DNA from: Candidatus Microgenomates bacterium
GTDB lineage: Bacteria; Patescibacteriota; Microgenomatia; UBA12405; UBA6130
Length of the DNA: 64,000 nucleotides
NCBI GenBank assembly: GCA_015485895.1
Contig: WFSR01000012.1
Location: 3,201 to 67,200, forward strand
Reading direction: 5' to 3'
Made by a program: the position numbers and the translations under genes. Shown piece by piece: positions 27,029-36,214 of the stretch (positions within the stretch are counted from its first letter, which is position 1; the number at the start of each line of letters is the position of its first letter). The notes beneath the pieces were generated by a model that saw only the letters and a program-made list of their open reading frames with translations, did no database searches and was not told the origin of the DNA.

Positions 27029-28347
27029 TGGCCCAATTTATTATTCATGGCCAAAAGCCGTTGCGCGGTGAGGTAGTTATTCGGGGAGCTAAAAATTCTG
27101 GTTTTAAATTGCTTATTGCCTCACTTTTTGGGTGTCAAGAGTCACTCTTTAGCAATGTGACCAAAGCTGGAGAAACGAAGATTACCCTTTCTCTTATCAA
27201 ATATTTGGGTGCTAATTTTCATTGGGTAGGCGAGCACAGTGTCTTGGTAGATCCTCGAGGTTTGCAGCATTATCAACTACCGCTAGGGGTAGGCAGAGAA
27301 ACGCGGGCCAGTATTCTTTTCGTTCCAGTTTTACTTTATCGTTTCGGCCGGGTTCGGGTGCCATGGCCGGGGGGTGATAAGATTGGCCGCCGGCCTTTAG
27401 ATCGCCATTTAGCCGGGTTGCAAAAGATGGGAGTTCACATCAAGCAGAGTAAACAATCTTTGGAATTTTTTGCCCCTCACCGCCTAGAGGGAACTCGTTA
27501 TCGCTTTGCTAAAAATACCCACACTGGTACTGATACCCTTTTGATGGCCGCACTTTGGGCCAAAGGAGAAACAGTTTTGGAAAATGCTGCTGCTGAGCCA
27601 GAAGTGGATGATCTTATCCATTTTCTTAATAAACTCGGTGGCCAGGTAAGGCGAATATCTCCACGTACTATCGTTATTCATGGACGACAAAAATTTCGGG
27701 GAGCTGAACATATTGTTATTCCCGATCGTAACGAGGCGGTTACTTTTGCTTGTGCTGCTTTGGGTACTAAAGGTGAGGTAGATATTTTTAATATTAATCC
27801 TAATCATCTTTATGCTTTTATCAAACAGCTGCGGATGATTGGAGCCGGTTTAGAGATTGGTGTTAACGAGATGAAAGTGGCTTGGCGAGAGCACCTGCAT
27901 GCAAGCAAAATAGAGACGGCTCCCTACCCTGGCTTTATGACCGATTGGCAGGCACTATGGGTAGTTTTAATGACCCAGGTGTGGGGGACTAGCGAGGTGA
28001 TAGAAAGGATTTTCCCTTACCGCTTTCAATACGTTCCATATCTCCAAAAAATGGGGGCAAGAGTTAAATTCTTCCAACCTCAGGTAATTAATCCCAAGAA
28101 TTACTATAACTTTAATCTAGAGGATGACCAACCGCAATTTCATCACGGCATTTACATCAGCGGCCCGACTCGCTTAAAAGGGACAACGATGACCGTCAAC
28201 GATATTCGTGCTGGGGCTACTCTTACTTTAGCGGCCTTAATGGCTAAAGGCAAAAGTGTTTTGCGGCGAGCTGAAAAAATAGATCGTGGTTATGAACACT
28301 TGGCTAGCAGGCTTCAACAGTTAGGAGGTGACATTATTAGGATATGA
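27028..28347 (+). CDS. murA: UDP-GlcNAc enolpyruvyl transferase (Asp-type active site)
   Basis: [38 protein letters not shown] and IDRGYE. Confidence 0.95.
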   Translation: MAQFIIHGQKPLRGEVVIRGAKNSGFKLLIASLFGCQESLFSNVTKAGETKITLSLIKYLGANFHWVGEHSVLVDPRGLQHYQLPLGVGRETRASILFVPVLLYRFGRVRVPWPGGDKIGRRPLDRHLAGLQKMGVHIKQSKQSLEFFAPHRLEGTRYRFAKNTHTGTDTLLMAALWAKGETVLENAAAEPEVDDLIHFLNKLGGQVRRISPRTIVIHGRQKFRGAEHIVIPDRNEAVTFACAALGTKGEVDIFNINPNHLYAFIKQLRMIGAGLEIGVNEMKVAWREHLHASKIETAPYPGFMTDWQALWVVLMTQVWGTSEVIERIFPYRFQYVPYLQKMGARVKFFQPQVINPKNYYNFNLEDDQPQFHHGIYISGPTRLKGTTMTVNDIRAGATLTLAALMAKGKSVLRRAEKIDRGYEHLASRLQQLGGDIIRI

Positions 28348-29612
28348 TAATTACTTTAAAAAATGATCTCCTCTTTTACTCCCATCTTCCACTTTGGAAG
28401 CGTTTCTATCATCTAGGGGAAAGATATTTAGCTAAATTATGGTCACAGTTACATCGCCCCCGGGCTGTGGTGATGATAACCGGTAGCTATGGTAAAACCT
28501 CAACAACTTACATTTTAAGCAGAACCCTGGATAAAGCTGGTGGATCCTTGGTAACTGATCGTAATCTTGACACCATCTTCAATCTGCCACAGACTATTCT
28601 TCGTTGGCGCTGGCCACCGTGGATTGTTTTGGAAACAGGGATTGATCATCCTCAAGAAATGGATTTTCATCTCCGTCTCATTAAGCCAACGGTGGTAATT
28701 TTTACCGGGATAACACCTGTTCATGCCGATAAGCAATTGTTGGGATCCAAAATAGGGATTTGGCGAGAGAAAACCAAATTAGTTCGGGCTCTACCAACTG
28801 ACGGTCTGCTTATTTATAATGCTGATGACCTTCTAGCTTGCCGGGCGGCCCGAATTTTTTCTGGTGAGAAAAGAAGCTATTCTCTGAAGCAGAAACATGG
28901 AGATTATTGGCTAGCTAAGAGTAAAATTACCCCTCAGGGGAGCCAGTTTTGGTTAACTACTGCTTTTTCACGGCAGCAAGTAAAAATAAAAACGCCTCTT
29001 TTAGGCAAACATTTTGCCCAATCATTTTTAGCTACGCTGGCCTTTTTGGATTTCTACCATTTGTCGCGATCGCTTTTAGTTAATGCCGCTAGTCAGCTTA
29101 AACCTTTACCAGGGCGTTTATCGTTACAACCTTTTCTCAATGGTAGTTGGCTTTTGGATGATAGCCGGCGCTCTAACCCGGCGTCGGCTAAAGCTGGTCT
29201 AGCCTTAATCACCACCTTAAGATCACACTATCGGCGCCTTATTGTGGTTATGGGGGAGATGGGAGAATTAGGCCGTTATGCTCGGCAGGAACACCGGCGG
29301 CTCGGGCGACAACTGGCTAAATTAAAACCGGATATTTTGATTGGCATTGGTCCTTTAATGCGGCTAGCTCTTAAGGAGGCCCCGGGATTAACTAGTCTTT
29401 GGGCTGATAATCCCACCACCGCTGGCGAACTATTTTTGCAGAAATATTCCCCTCAGGAAGGCGATCTTTTTTATCTCAAAGCTTCTCTTTTGCGCCATCT
29501 GGAACGATTCCGTTATGTGCTAGAGGGAAGGCAAGTTGCCTGCCGGCGACCCGCTTGCCATTATTATCACGATTGCTCGCAATGCGATAAACTGAATGAA
29601 GAAAGGGGGTGA
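28344..29612 (+). CDS. murF: MurF-like ligase with C-terminal 4-Cys tail
   Basis: ITGSYGKTST, LETG, PLPGRL, DDS..NP.S and MGEMGELG....EH. Confidence 0.8.
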   Translation: MIITLKNDLLFYSHLPLWKRFYHLGERYLAKLWSQLHRPRAVVMITGSYGKTSTTYILSRTLDKAGGSLVTDRNLDTIFNLPQTILRWRWPPWIVLETGIDHPQEMDFHLRLIKPTVVIFTGITPVHADKQLLGSKIGIWREKTKLVRALPTDGLLIYNADDLLACRAARIFSGEKRSYSLKQKHGDYWLAKSKITPQGSQFWLTTAFSRQQVKIKTPLLGKHFAQSFLATLAFLDFYHLSRSLLVNAASQLKPLPGRLSLQPFLNGSWLLDDSRRSNPASAKAGLALITTLRSHYRRLIVVMGEMGELGRYARQEHRRLGRQLAKLKPDILIGIGPLMRLALKEAPGLTSLWADNPTTAGELFLQKYSPQEGDLFYLKASLLRHLERFRYVLEGRQVACRRPACHYYHDCSQCDKLNEERG

Positions 29613-29618
29613 GATATT

Positions 29619-29876
29619 ATGCCACCACTTGATTTAAATGACGCTCTAGCGATGGGCGACAAAGAAAAAAATTTGGCCCGGGCTCGGCAATCACTGATCG
29701 AAGAGCTAGACGCGATTAATCTTTATGAAGAACGGATTCAGGCCACTCAAGATGAAGAATTGAAAAAAGTGCTAGCTCACAACCGAGATGAAGAAAAAGA
29801 ACACGCTGCAATGCTTATTGACTATTTACGCCGCCACGATCCTGTTTTTAAGCGGATGTTTACAGAGCACGATTAA
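29619..29876 (+). CDS. Encapsulated-ferritin (EncFtn)-like small ferritin protein
   Basis: SLIEELDAINLYEER...LAHNRDEEKEHAAML. Strong SD aagggggtga upstream. Confidence 0.85.
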   Translation: MPPLDLNDALAMGDKEKNLARARQSLIEELDAINLYEERIQATQDEELKKVLAHNRDEEKEHAAMLIDYLRRHDPVFKRMFTEHD

Positions 29877-29893
29877 TAAGAATAGCGGGTAAG

Positions 29894-30277
29894 TGTTGAG
29901 GATCAAATGAACACTCACGCCCTCTACCAGCAGCTATCAACACTTCGTCATCCTGAACTTGGTTCAGGATCTCCAGAGAATGTGCTACCAATAATAGTGA
30001 TACGACACTCGGCTGAAGATGCTGAGCTAAACTCAGTATGACGAGAATAAAAGCACCAAATTGCAAACAAATTCTAAATCCTAATGACCCAAATCCTAAA
30101 CAAATCCAAAATTCAAATGATCAAATGACCAAAACAAAAGAGAAAGAATAAAGAAAAAAAGAAAGAAGAAAAAGAAATGTTTTGAACATTTGGATTTTGG
30201 CCATTTGGTATTGTTTAGGATTTAGAATTTAGGTAATTAGGATTTATTTGGTTATTGGAATTTGGTGCTTGGAATTT
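29894..30277. repeat. Composite repeat element, copy 3
   Basis: tgttgaggatcaaa head, cgtcatcctgaacttggttcaggatct...agatgctgagctaaactcagtatgacg pair, then heptamer palindrome. Confidence 0.85.
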
Positions 30278-30300
30278 AATTTGGGGTGTTATACTAATTT

Positions 30301-31338
30301 ATGGAATTTATTTACTTAGGCTTAGTATTGTTCTCTTTCTTCGTTAACTCTCTCCTTTTTATTCCTTTTATAAATTTACTTTATCGTTGGCATTTTGTCC
30401 GCCGCCGACAAATTACCCGTGATTTCCAAAATAAAAGGGCAATTATTTTCGATAAGTTGCATGCTCATAAGGCCGGCACTCCGGTAGGAGGAGGGCTCCT
30501 CATGCTAGTAACTATTTTAAGTCTTCAATTTGTTCTCCTTCCGGTTTTAAAAATATACGACCGCCAAAACTTCTATAGTGCTTACCGTTTTATTGACGAA
30601 GCTAACATTGTTTTTTTTACAATGATTTCCTTTGGTGCGTTAGGTTTTTACGATGACATTATGAAATTTTTCGGTTTTGAGAAGAGTGGCTTTTTTGGTC
30701 TCCGGATGCGTCATAAGTTCATCCTCCAATGGGCTCTAGCTTTTATTATTGCGGCAATGCTCTATTTCAACTTAGGGATTAATTTTATCTATCTTCCTTT
30801 TTACCATGTAATTCATTTGGGATACGGTTATATTTTATTGGCGGCTACCCTAATTGTTTGGTTGGCAAATGCTTTTAATATTACCGATGGCCTCGACGGG
30901 CTATCAAGCGGTTTGCTTTTGATCTTTTTGCTTACTTTTTGGGTTATTTCCTCCCAAGTGTTTGATACCTTTTTAGGGGTTTTCATTGCTCTCTGGGTAG
31001 GTGCAGTTTTAGCTTTTCTCTATTTCAACATTGCCCCTGCTCGTCTCACATTAGGTGATATTGGTGCCTTAGCTTTCGGGGCTACTATTGCCGTGGTTGG
31101 TCTCTTAACAGGGAAGATCTTGGCAGTTCTAATAGTAGGTGCAATTTTTAACCTTGAGGGGCTTTCAAGCTTTCTACAAATTATCAGTAAAGCCTGGCGT
31201 CATCGGAAGTTATTCCCTGCAGCTCCGCTTCATCTTTGGTTACAATATCGAGGTTGGCCGGAAACCAAAATTGTTATGAGGACTTGGGTGGTGGGCATAG
31301 TTTTTGCCATTTTAGGCCTCTGGCTTTCTTTCCTTTAA
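30301..31338 (+). CDS. mraY: Phospho-MurNAc-pentapeptide transferase
   Basis: KAGTPVGGG, GFYDD, NAFNITDGLDGL, GDIG and APLH. Confidence 0.95.
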   Translation: MEFIYLGLVLFSFFVNSLLFIPFINLLYRWHFVRRRQITRDFQNKRAIIFDKLHAHKAGTPVGGGLLMLVTILSLQFVLLPVLKIYDRQNFYSAYRFIDEANIVFFTMISFGALGFYDDIMKFFGFEKSGFFGLRMRHKFILQWALAFIIAAMLYFNLGINFIYLPFYHVIHLGYGYILLAATLIVWLANAFNITDGLDGLSSGLLLIFLLTFWVISSQVFDTFLGVFIALWVGAVLAFLYFNIAPARLTLGDIGALAFGATIAVVGLLTGKILAVLIVGAIFNLEGLSSFLQIISKAWRHRKLFPAAPLHLWLQYRGWPETKIVMRTWVVGIVFAILGLWLSFL

Positions 31339-31500
31339 TTATTTTTCCTCTTCAAGAATAGCAGTTTTAAAAGGTTTAAGGGAAGTTATCTCTAATTCTG
31401 TTCCACAGTATTGACATTCCACAATATCTCCCACAGCTACGGTGCTCAGATCGATAGTAATAGGGTGATGGCAGTCAGGGCACTTGATAGTTTTTTTCAT
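31339..31500 (-). CDS. LysW-like double zinc-knuckle small protein (53 aa)
   Basis: CPDC...GDIVECQYCGTELEI...acidic tail EEEK. ATG at 31500. Confidence 0.75.
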   Translation of the reverse strand: MKKTIKCPDCHHPITIDLSTVAVGDIVECQYCGTELEITSLKPFKTAILEEEK

Positions 31501-31543
31501 TTTACATTTTAGGCTATAATACTTTAATGGTTGTATTTTAGCA

Positions 31544-32377
31544 ATGAAATTTTTGAAAAGCAAGAAAACTTCTCTAATTTTTTACCATGGTTTTTATTTA
31601 AAAAGAGAAGACCAACAATTATCGGGTTCAGTGAAAGATAGGGGAATAGTTGAGCAGTTGCGCCACCTTCCTAAAACTACCAATGAGGTAGTGATTAGCT
31701 CCTCGGGAAATGCGGGAATTAGCCTGGCTTTTTGGAGCCAGCGGTTAGGCTTAACGGCACACGTTTTTGTCAGCCCTAACCTTTCTCCAGGAAAGAAAAA
31801 ATATCTCCAAGAATTGGGAGCTAAGCTTTATGTTACCCCTCGACCTTTGAGTGGAAGTATTCGTTTTGCTCGCCGGTATAATTTTCCCCATCTACGTCAG
31901 TCTATTAGTTCTTGGGCGAGGTACGGTTTTCAATCTTTAGGAGAAGAATTAAAAATGGAAATTAATCCCGAAGTGATTTTTTTCCCAGTGAGCAGCGGGA
32001 CCACTCTTTTGGGAGTTAGCGATATTTGGAGAAGTACTAAGAAGAAGCCTGTTTTTGTGCTGGTTCAAACGGCTGGCCATTGCCCTCTGGCGCGCCATTT
32101 AGTGTCTTGTCCACCAGCAGAACCGAATGATTTAGCTACTGCTTTAGTCGCTAGGTATATTCCTAATGAGAGAGAGATTCTAGCTCTAATTAAAAAGTAT
32201 GGCCAGGCGGTGGTAGTTACTAATACAGAAATTATGGAGGCTTGGCGATGGCTAAAGCAAGGGGGAATAATTACTTCTTTTGAGGGGGCTGCTGCCGTAG
32301 CTGCAGCTCGGCAAATAAAAGCTGATCAACATTGGCAGCGATCAGTTTGCTTGCTAACGGGTAAGTATTATGGTTAA
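31544..32377 (+). CDS. Fold-type II PLP-dependent enzyme (threonine synthase/dehydratase-like)
   Basis: KRED...SGSVKDRG (PLP Lys), SSSGNAG and PVSSGTTLLG. Confidence 0.88.
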   Translation: MKFLKSKKTSLIFYHGFYLKREDQQLSGSVKDRGIVEQLRHLPKTTNEVVISSSGNAGISLAFWSQRLGLTAHVFVSPNLSPGKKKYLQELGAKLYVTPRPLSGSIRFARRYNFPHLRQSISSWARYGFQSLGEELKMEINPEVIFFPVSSGTTLLGVSDIWRSTKKKPVFVLVQTAGHCPLARHLVSCPPAEPNDLATALVARYIPNEREILALIKKYGQAVVVTNTEIMEAWRWLKQGGIITSFEGAAAVAAARQIKADQHWQRSVCLLTGKYYG

Positions 32378-33677
32378 TCTCCGGGCCCCGATTTTCTATT
32401 TAGGAATGGATTTTTATCAAGGTTTACCTGGTTTCTGGTTTTTTCCTAATTATTACTTAATAACTTATCGCGCCCATCCGGTTATTAAGAAATTACCTTT
32501 TGCTAACCGCATCTTTACTCTCGGCGACAAAACAACTAAAGTTATTCCCCGCAGTAGCGGGCATTTGCTTAACCATCCCTTGGTACAGAAATTTATCATC
32601 CGCCATACGCGGGGAGATAAAGTATTTTTAACTTTCTTTAAGCCAAGTAGAAAGATAGAGATTATTGCCCAGAAAAAAGGCTGGCGATTAATTGGAAATC
32701 GCCAGGCGTTGGCGAAAAGATTAGAAAATAAAATTCAACTCTGGCAGTTATTGCATCGGTACCCGGAGGTGCATTTTCCACCGGTTCAGGTGGAAAAGCT
32801 AGGAGGATTGAATTATCGGGTCCTGGCGCAACAATATAAGGGATGCTTTGTCCTACAGTTAGGGCTTGGTTGGGCAGGTCGTTCAACTTTTAAGGTATGT
32901 TCCGCAAAAGAATTTGTACGATTACAGCAAAAATACCCTAAACAATGGGTAAAGATAACGCCATTCTTTTTAGGGTGGACGCTTACTAACAATAATGTAG
33001 TAACCCCAACAGGAGAAGTTTATTCTTCTTATCTGGCTTGGCAAATTACCGGCCAGAAGATGTTATGTCCAGGTTTACCAATGGCAACTTGCGGTCGGGT
33101 ATGGGCAGTGTCGCCGGGTAAGCAGCTGGAAAATAATGCTAAAAAAATTAGCCAATTCATCGGCTTTTGGTTACATAAGCAAGGATTTCGGGGTTTTTTT
33201 GGTCTTGATTTTTTGCTTACTTCAAACGGCCAACTTTATTTCCAAGAGCTAAATCCTCGCCTAACGGCCTCGGCAGCGTTTAGTGCTTTAAGTGAGTTGA
33301 AGCAAAAGCTTAGGCCATTGTTGTTTTATCACTATGCTAGTTTCTTACCTTTAAAGGTGAAAAATCAGTGGCAGAGATCTAAATTGCAAGGGGGCGAAAT
33401 AGTCTCAAGGGCTCCTTCTCAACGAATTATTAAAAAAAGTGTCGCAAGTGGCGCTTATAATTTTCAAAAACAATACCTGGGAGCTCATTTCTTTCCTTCG
33501 CAGGAATGGATCACTTTTATAGGGGGTTATCGAGGGGAAAAAATTTATTCCGGCAGTGAGGTTTTTCGCCTTTCCGGTTGGGGTAAATTAGGCGAGTGGC
33601 AAGGTCAAAATTTTCGGCTTGCCTCGCCTTACCGTAATTTTTATTATTGGATAAAACAATATTATGGAAAAGCGTAA
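32370..33677 (+). CDS. ATP-grasp ligase-like protein
   Basis: LENK, GWAGRST, GFFGLDFL and ELNPR. Confidence 0.8.
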   Translation: MVNLRAPIFYLGMDFYQGLPGFWFFPNYYLITYRAHPVIKKLPFANRIFTLGDKTTKVIPRSSGHLLNHPLVQKFIIRHTRGDKVFLTFFKPSRKIEIIAQKKGWRLIGNRQALAKRLENKIQLWQLLHRYPEVHFPPVQVEKLGGLNYRVLAQQYKGCFVLQLGLGWAGRSTFKVCSAKEFVRLQQKYPKQWVKITPFFLGWTLTNNNVVTPTGEVYSSYLAWQITGQKMLCPGLPMATCGRVWAVSPGKQLENNAKKISQFIGFWLHKQGFRGFFGLDFLLTSNGQLYFQELNPRLTASAAFSALSELKQKLRPLLFYHYASFLPLKVKNQWQRSKLQGGEIVSRAPSQRIIKKSVASGAYNFQKQYLGAHFFPSQEWITFIGGYRGEKIYSGSEVFRLSGWGKLGEWQGQNFRLASPYRNFYYWIKQYYGKA

Positions 33678-34743
33678 TCAAAAACTTATCAAATGGTTGT
33701 TACTTTTTTTAGCCTTATTTGCCATTTTAGGCATTTTTTTCATTGGCGATATCTCTCTAGCGGAAGCACGCTTGCATTTTCACGATTCTCTCTATTTCGT
33801 CAAAAGGCAAACATTTTGGCTAGTTTTAAGTTTAATTACTCTTGGTTTACTTTGGCAGTTGCCGGTGACATTTTGGCGGCGAGCAAGCTTAATTTTTTAT
33901 CTGCTAAGTGTACTCGGTTTAGGTCTGGTGCTTATTCCGGGGATAGGCAAGGAAATTTGGGGTGCGCACCGTTGGTTAGCTATTGGCTCTCTAGCATTTC
34001 AGCCAGCAGAATTAATGAAGCTTGCCTTTTTGCTTTATCTTAGCATTCTTTTATCGAGGCAAGGTAAAATATCGCTAAAAGTTTTTCTTTCTATCCTTTT
34101 ATTGCCAATCGCCTTAATAGCTTTAGAACCAGATTTAGGCACGATTATAATCTTGGTAAGCTTAGCGGGAGCAATGTATTTTGTAGCGGGTGTTCGTTGG
34201 CACCTTTTCATAATATTATTATTTTTAAGCCTTACCGCTGGGGGCATTTTCATCTTTAGTTCCTCCTATCGTCGTCAACGGCTTCAGGGCTTTTTTGATC
34301 CCTTTGCGGACCCTTTAAATAAAACTTATCATGCTTACCAGTTGGTTTTAACTTTACACCGCGGTGGCTTCTGGGGTAGTGGTTTGGGCCAGTCACGACA
34401 GAAATACCAAAACCTTCCCCAGGTAACCACAGATTCTATTCTGGCCGTTATTGGAGAGGAAATAGGTTTTGCAGGTTTGACAGTTATTCTAATACTTTAC
34501 CTTTTGGGCATTTATTTGATATTTTTCCTTGCTGCTAAATCCAATAATCCGTTAACTTATTATTACGGTGTGGGTTTTGGTAGCTGGCTAGCTACGCAAG
34601 GATTTTTAAACGCTGGGGCAGTGGCGATTGTATTACCTTTTACCGGAGTGCCATTCCCCCTAATTTCTTATGGAGGATCATCTCTGGTATCTATTGTATT
34701 AGGGGTGGGATTATTTCTTAAATTTTTAACTACCACCACATGA
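33664..34743 (+). CDS. ftsW: SEDS peptidoglycan polymerase FtsW
   Basis: GAHRW, FQPAELMK, EPDLGT, GSGLGQS, IGEEIG and PFTGVPFPLISYGGSS. Confidence 0.92.
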   Translation: MEKRNQKLIKWLLLFLALFAILGIFFIGDISLAEARLHFHDSLYFVKRQTFWLVLSLITLGLLWQLPVTFWRRASLIFYLLSVLGLGLVLIPGIGKEIWGAHRWLAIGSLAFQPAELMKLAFLLYLSILLSRQGKISLKVFLSILLLPIALIALEPDLGTIIILVSLAGAMYFVAGVRWHLFIILLFLSLTAGGIFIFSSSYRRQRLQGFFDPFADPLNKTYHAYQLVLTLHRGGFWGSGLGQSRQKYQNLPQVTTDSILAVIGEEIGFAGLTVILILYLLGIYLIFFLAAKSNNPLTYYYGVGFGSWLATQGFLNAGAVAIVLPFTGVPFPLISYGGSSLVSIVLGVGLFLKFLTTTT

Positions 34744-35849
34744 AAAAAGCAATCTTGGTAGGCGGACATTCTACCCCAGCCTTAGCTCTTTTACAAGAAT
34801 TGCAAAAGCGGTTTTGGCAGATATATTATTTCGGTAGCAAGTATACCTCCTTACAAAATGCCCGTTTACTTTCTTATGAATATAGGGTACTTAGAGAAAG
34901 GGAAAATGTTTTCTTTGTTCCTCTACCAGCTCGCGGTTGGCCTAGATCATTGTCTTGGCAATCATTTAAAGCCGGTTGGGCCTTCCAGCAGAGTTTTTTT
35001 AAGGCATTTTTAGCTATGTTGCGATTGCGCCCTAATGTGGTAGTTGGTTTTGGTGGATATCTTACCCCTCCGGTGGCATTAGCCGCTGCTCTCTTAAGAA
35101 TTCCTCTAATTCTACATGAACAAACTACTACTTTGGGGCTGGGCAATAGAATTGCCTTACCATGGGCAAAAAAGGTGGCTTTATCTTTTCCGATAATAGG
35201 AGAACAACTGCCTTCGCAGAAAGTAGTTTTAACTGGCAATTTACTTCGTGAGGAAACAATGATAGTAAAGGAATCGTTAGTGAGCAGGACTTTGTTACTT
35301 TATCGCAATAAGCCTATCCTTTATCTTACTGGAGGCAAAACGGGTTCAGTGGCATTAAATAATTTTTTGGCTCGAGAACTGAGTAATATTTTACCTTCTT
35401 ATTACGTGATTCACCAAGCTGGTGAACTTAGTTACCAGCACTTTCTTGATTTACGGCGATCTCTTCCCAATCGTTGGCGCCAACGTTATTTGGTGGCGGC
35501 GACCTTCCCAGCCGCTGATGTTGGTTGGATTTTATCTAAGGCTAAGTTAGTAATCGCACGATCGGGCGCTAATACCGTAAGCGAACTCATTTGGTGGCGC
35601 CGTCGAGCTATCTTGATCCCATTACCGATCTCTATAGCTGGCGAACAAGAAAAAAACGCCCGTTTTTTAGCTGGTTTAGGTTTGGGCGTGCTAATTTCCC
35701 AAAAACAGCTGGCTAATATCCATTGGTCTGTTTTGGAACAAAAAGTAGAGCAGCTAAAGCCTCGAAGGAAGGATATTGCTAAACAACGTCATCTTCTAGC
35801 CACCAGCAGGCAAAAGTTAGCTGCTTTGGTAACAAAATGGGGACATTAA
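34740..35849 (+). CDS. murG: MurG GlcNAc transferase
   Basis: GGH, GFGGY, LHEQ, TGN, RSGANTVSE and EQEKNA. Confidence 0.93.
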   Translation: MKKAILVGGHSTPALALLQELQKRFWQIYYFGSKYTSLQNARLLSYEYRVLRERENVFFVPLPARGWPRSLSWQSFKAGWAFQQSFFKAFLAMLRLRPNVVVGFGGYLTPPVALAAALLRIPLILHEQTTTLGLGNRIALPWAKKVALSFPIIGEQLPSQKVVLTGNLLREETMIVKESLVSRTLLLYRNKPILYLTGGKTGSVALNNFLARELSNILPSYYVIHQAGELSYQHFLDLRRSLPNRWRQRYLVAATFPAADVGWILSKAKLVIARSGANTVSELIWWRRRAILIPLPISIAGEQEKNARFLAGLGLGVLISQKQLANIHWSVLEQKVEQLKPRRKDIAKQRHLLATSRQKLAALVTKWGH

Positions 35850-36214
35850 AACAACGGGACATTATCTTATTTCTTCTGGCCATTTTAATCATTTTATTTT
35901 TAGCAAGTTTACAACTTTCTTCTCGACAAATTACCAAAAATATTCTTCCTAAACGCCAGCAAGTAGCTGACAATATTGACGCCTTTTTTATTAGTAATGG
36001 GATCAATTTCCGGGGACCATTTTTTATCGAGCCTCACGGGATTCGCTACATTCTTACTGAAGGAATAAACGTTCTTTTTGATGTTAAAAAGGATATCGTT
36101 GCCCAGGAACAAGCTTTACAAGTTATTCTCAAAAAGGTTAAAATGACAAGAAGGAGGGTGAGGTTAATTGACTTAATGCCAGATAAACCGCATGTTGTAT
36201 TCAAAAATTATTAG
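35837..36214 (+). CDS. Small membrane-anchored protein, possible reduced FtsQ/DivIB
   Basis: One TM segment. C-terminal 'IDL...P.V' resembles the FtsQ end. Located between murG and ftsA. Confidence 0.45.
   Translation: MGTLKQRDIILFLLAILIILFLASLQLSSRQITKNILPKRQQVADNIDAFFISNGINFRGPFFIEPHGIRYILTEGINVLFDVKKDIVAQEQALQVILKKVKMTRRRVRLIDLMPDKPHVVFKNY

Noticed and set aside
15150-30277. Heptamer-rich repeats as a CRISPR array
   Set aside because: There is no constant repeat with unique equal-length spacers and no cas genes. They are dispersed palindromic elements.
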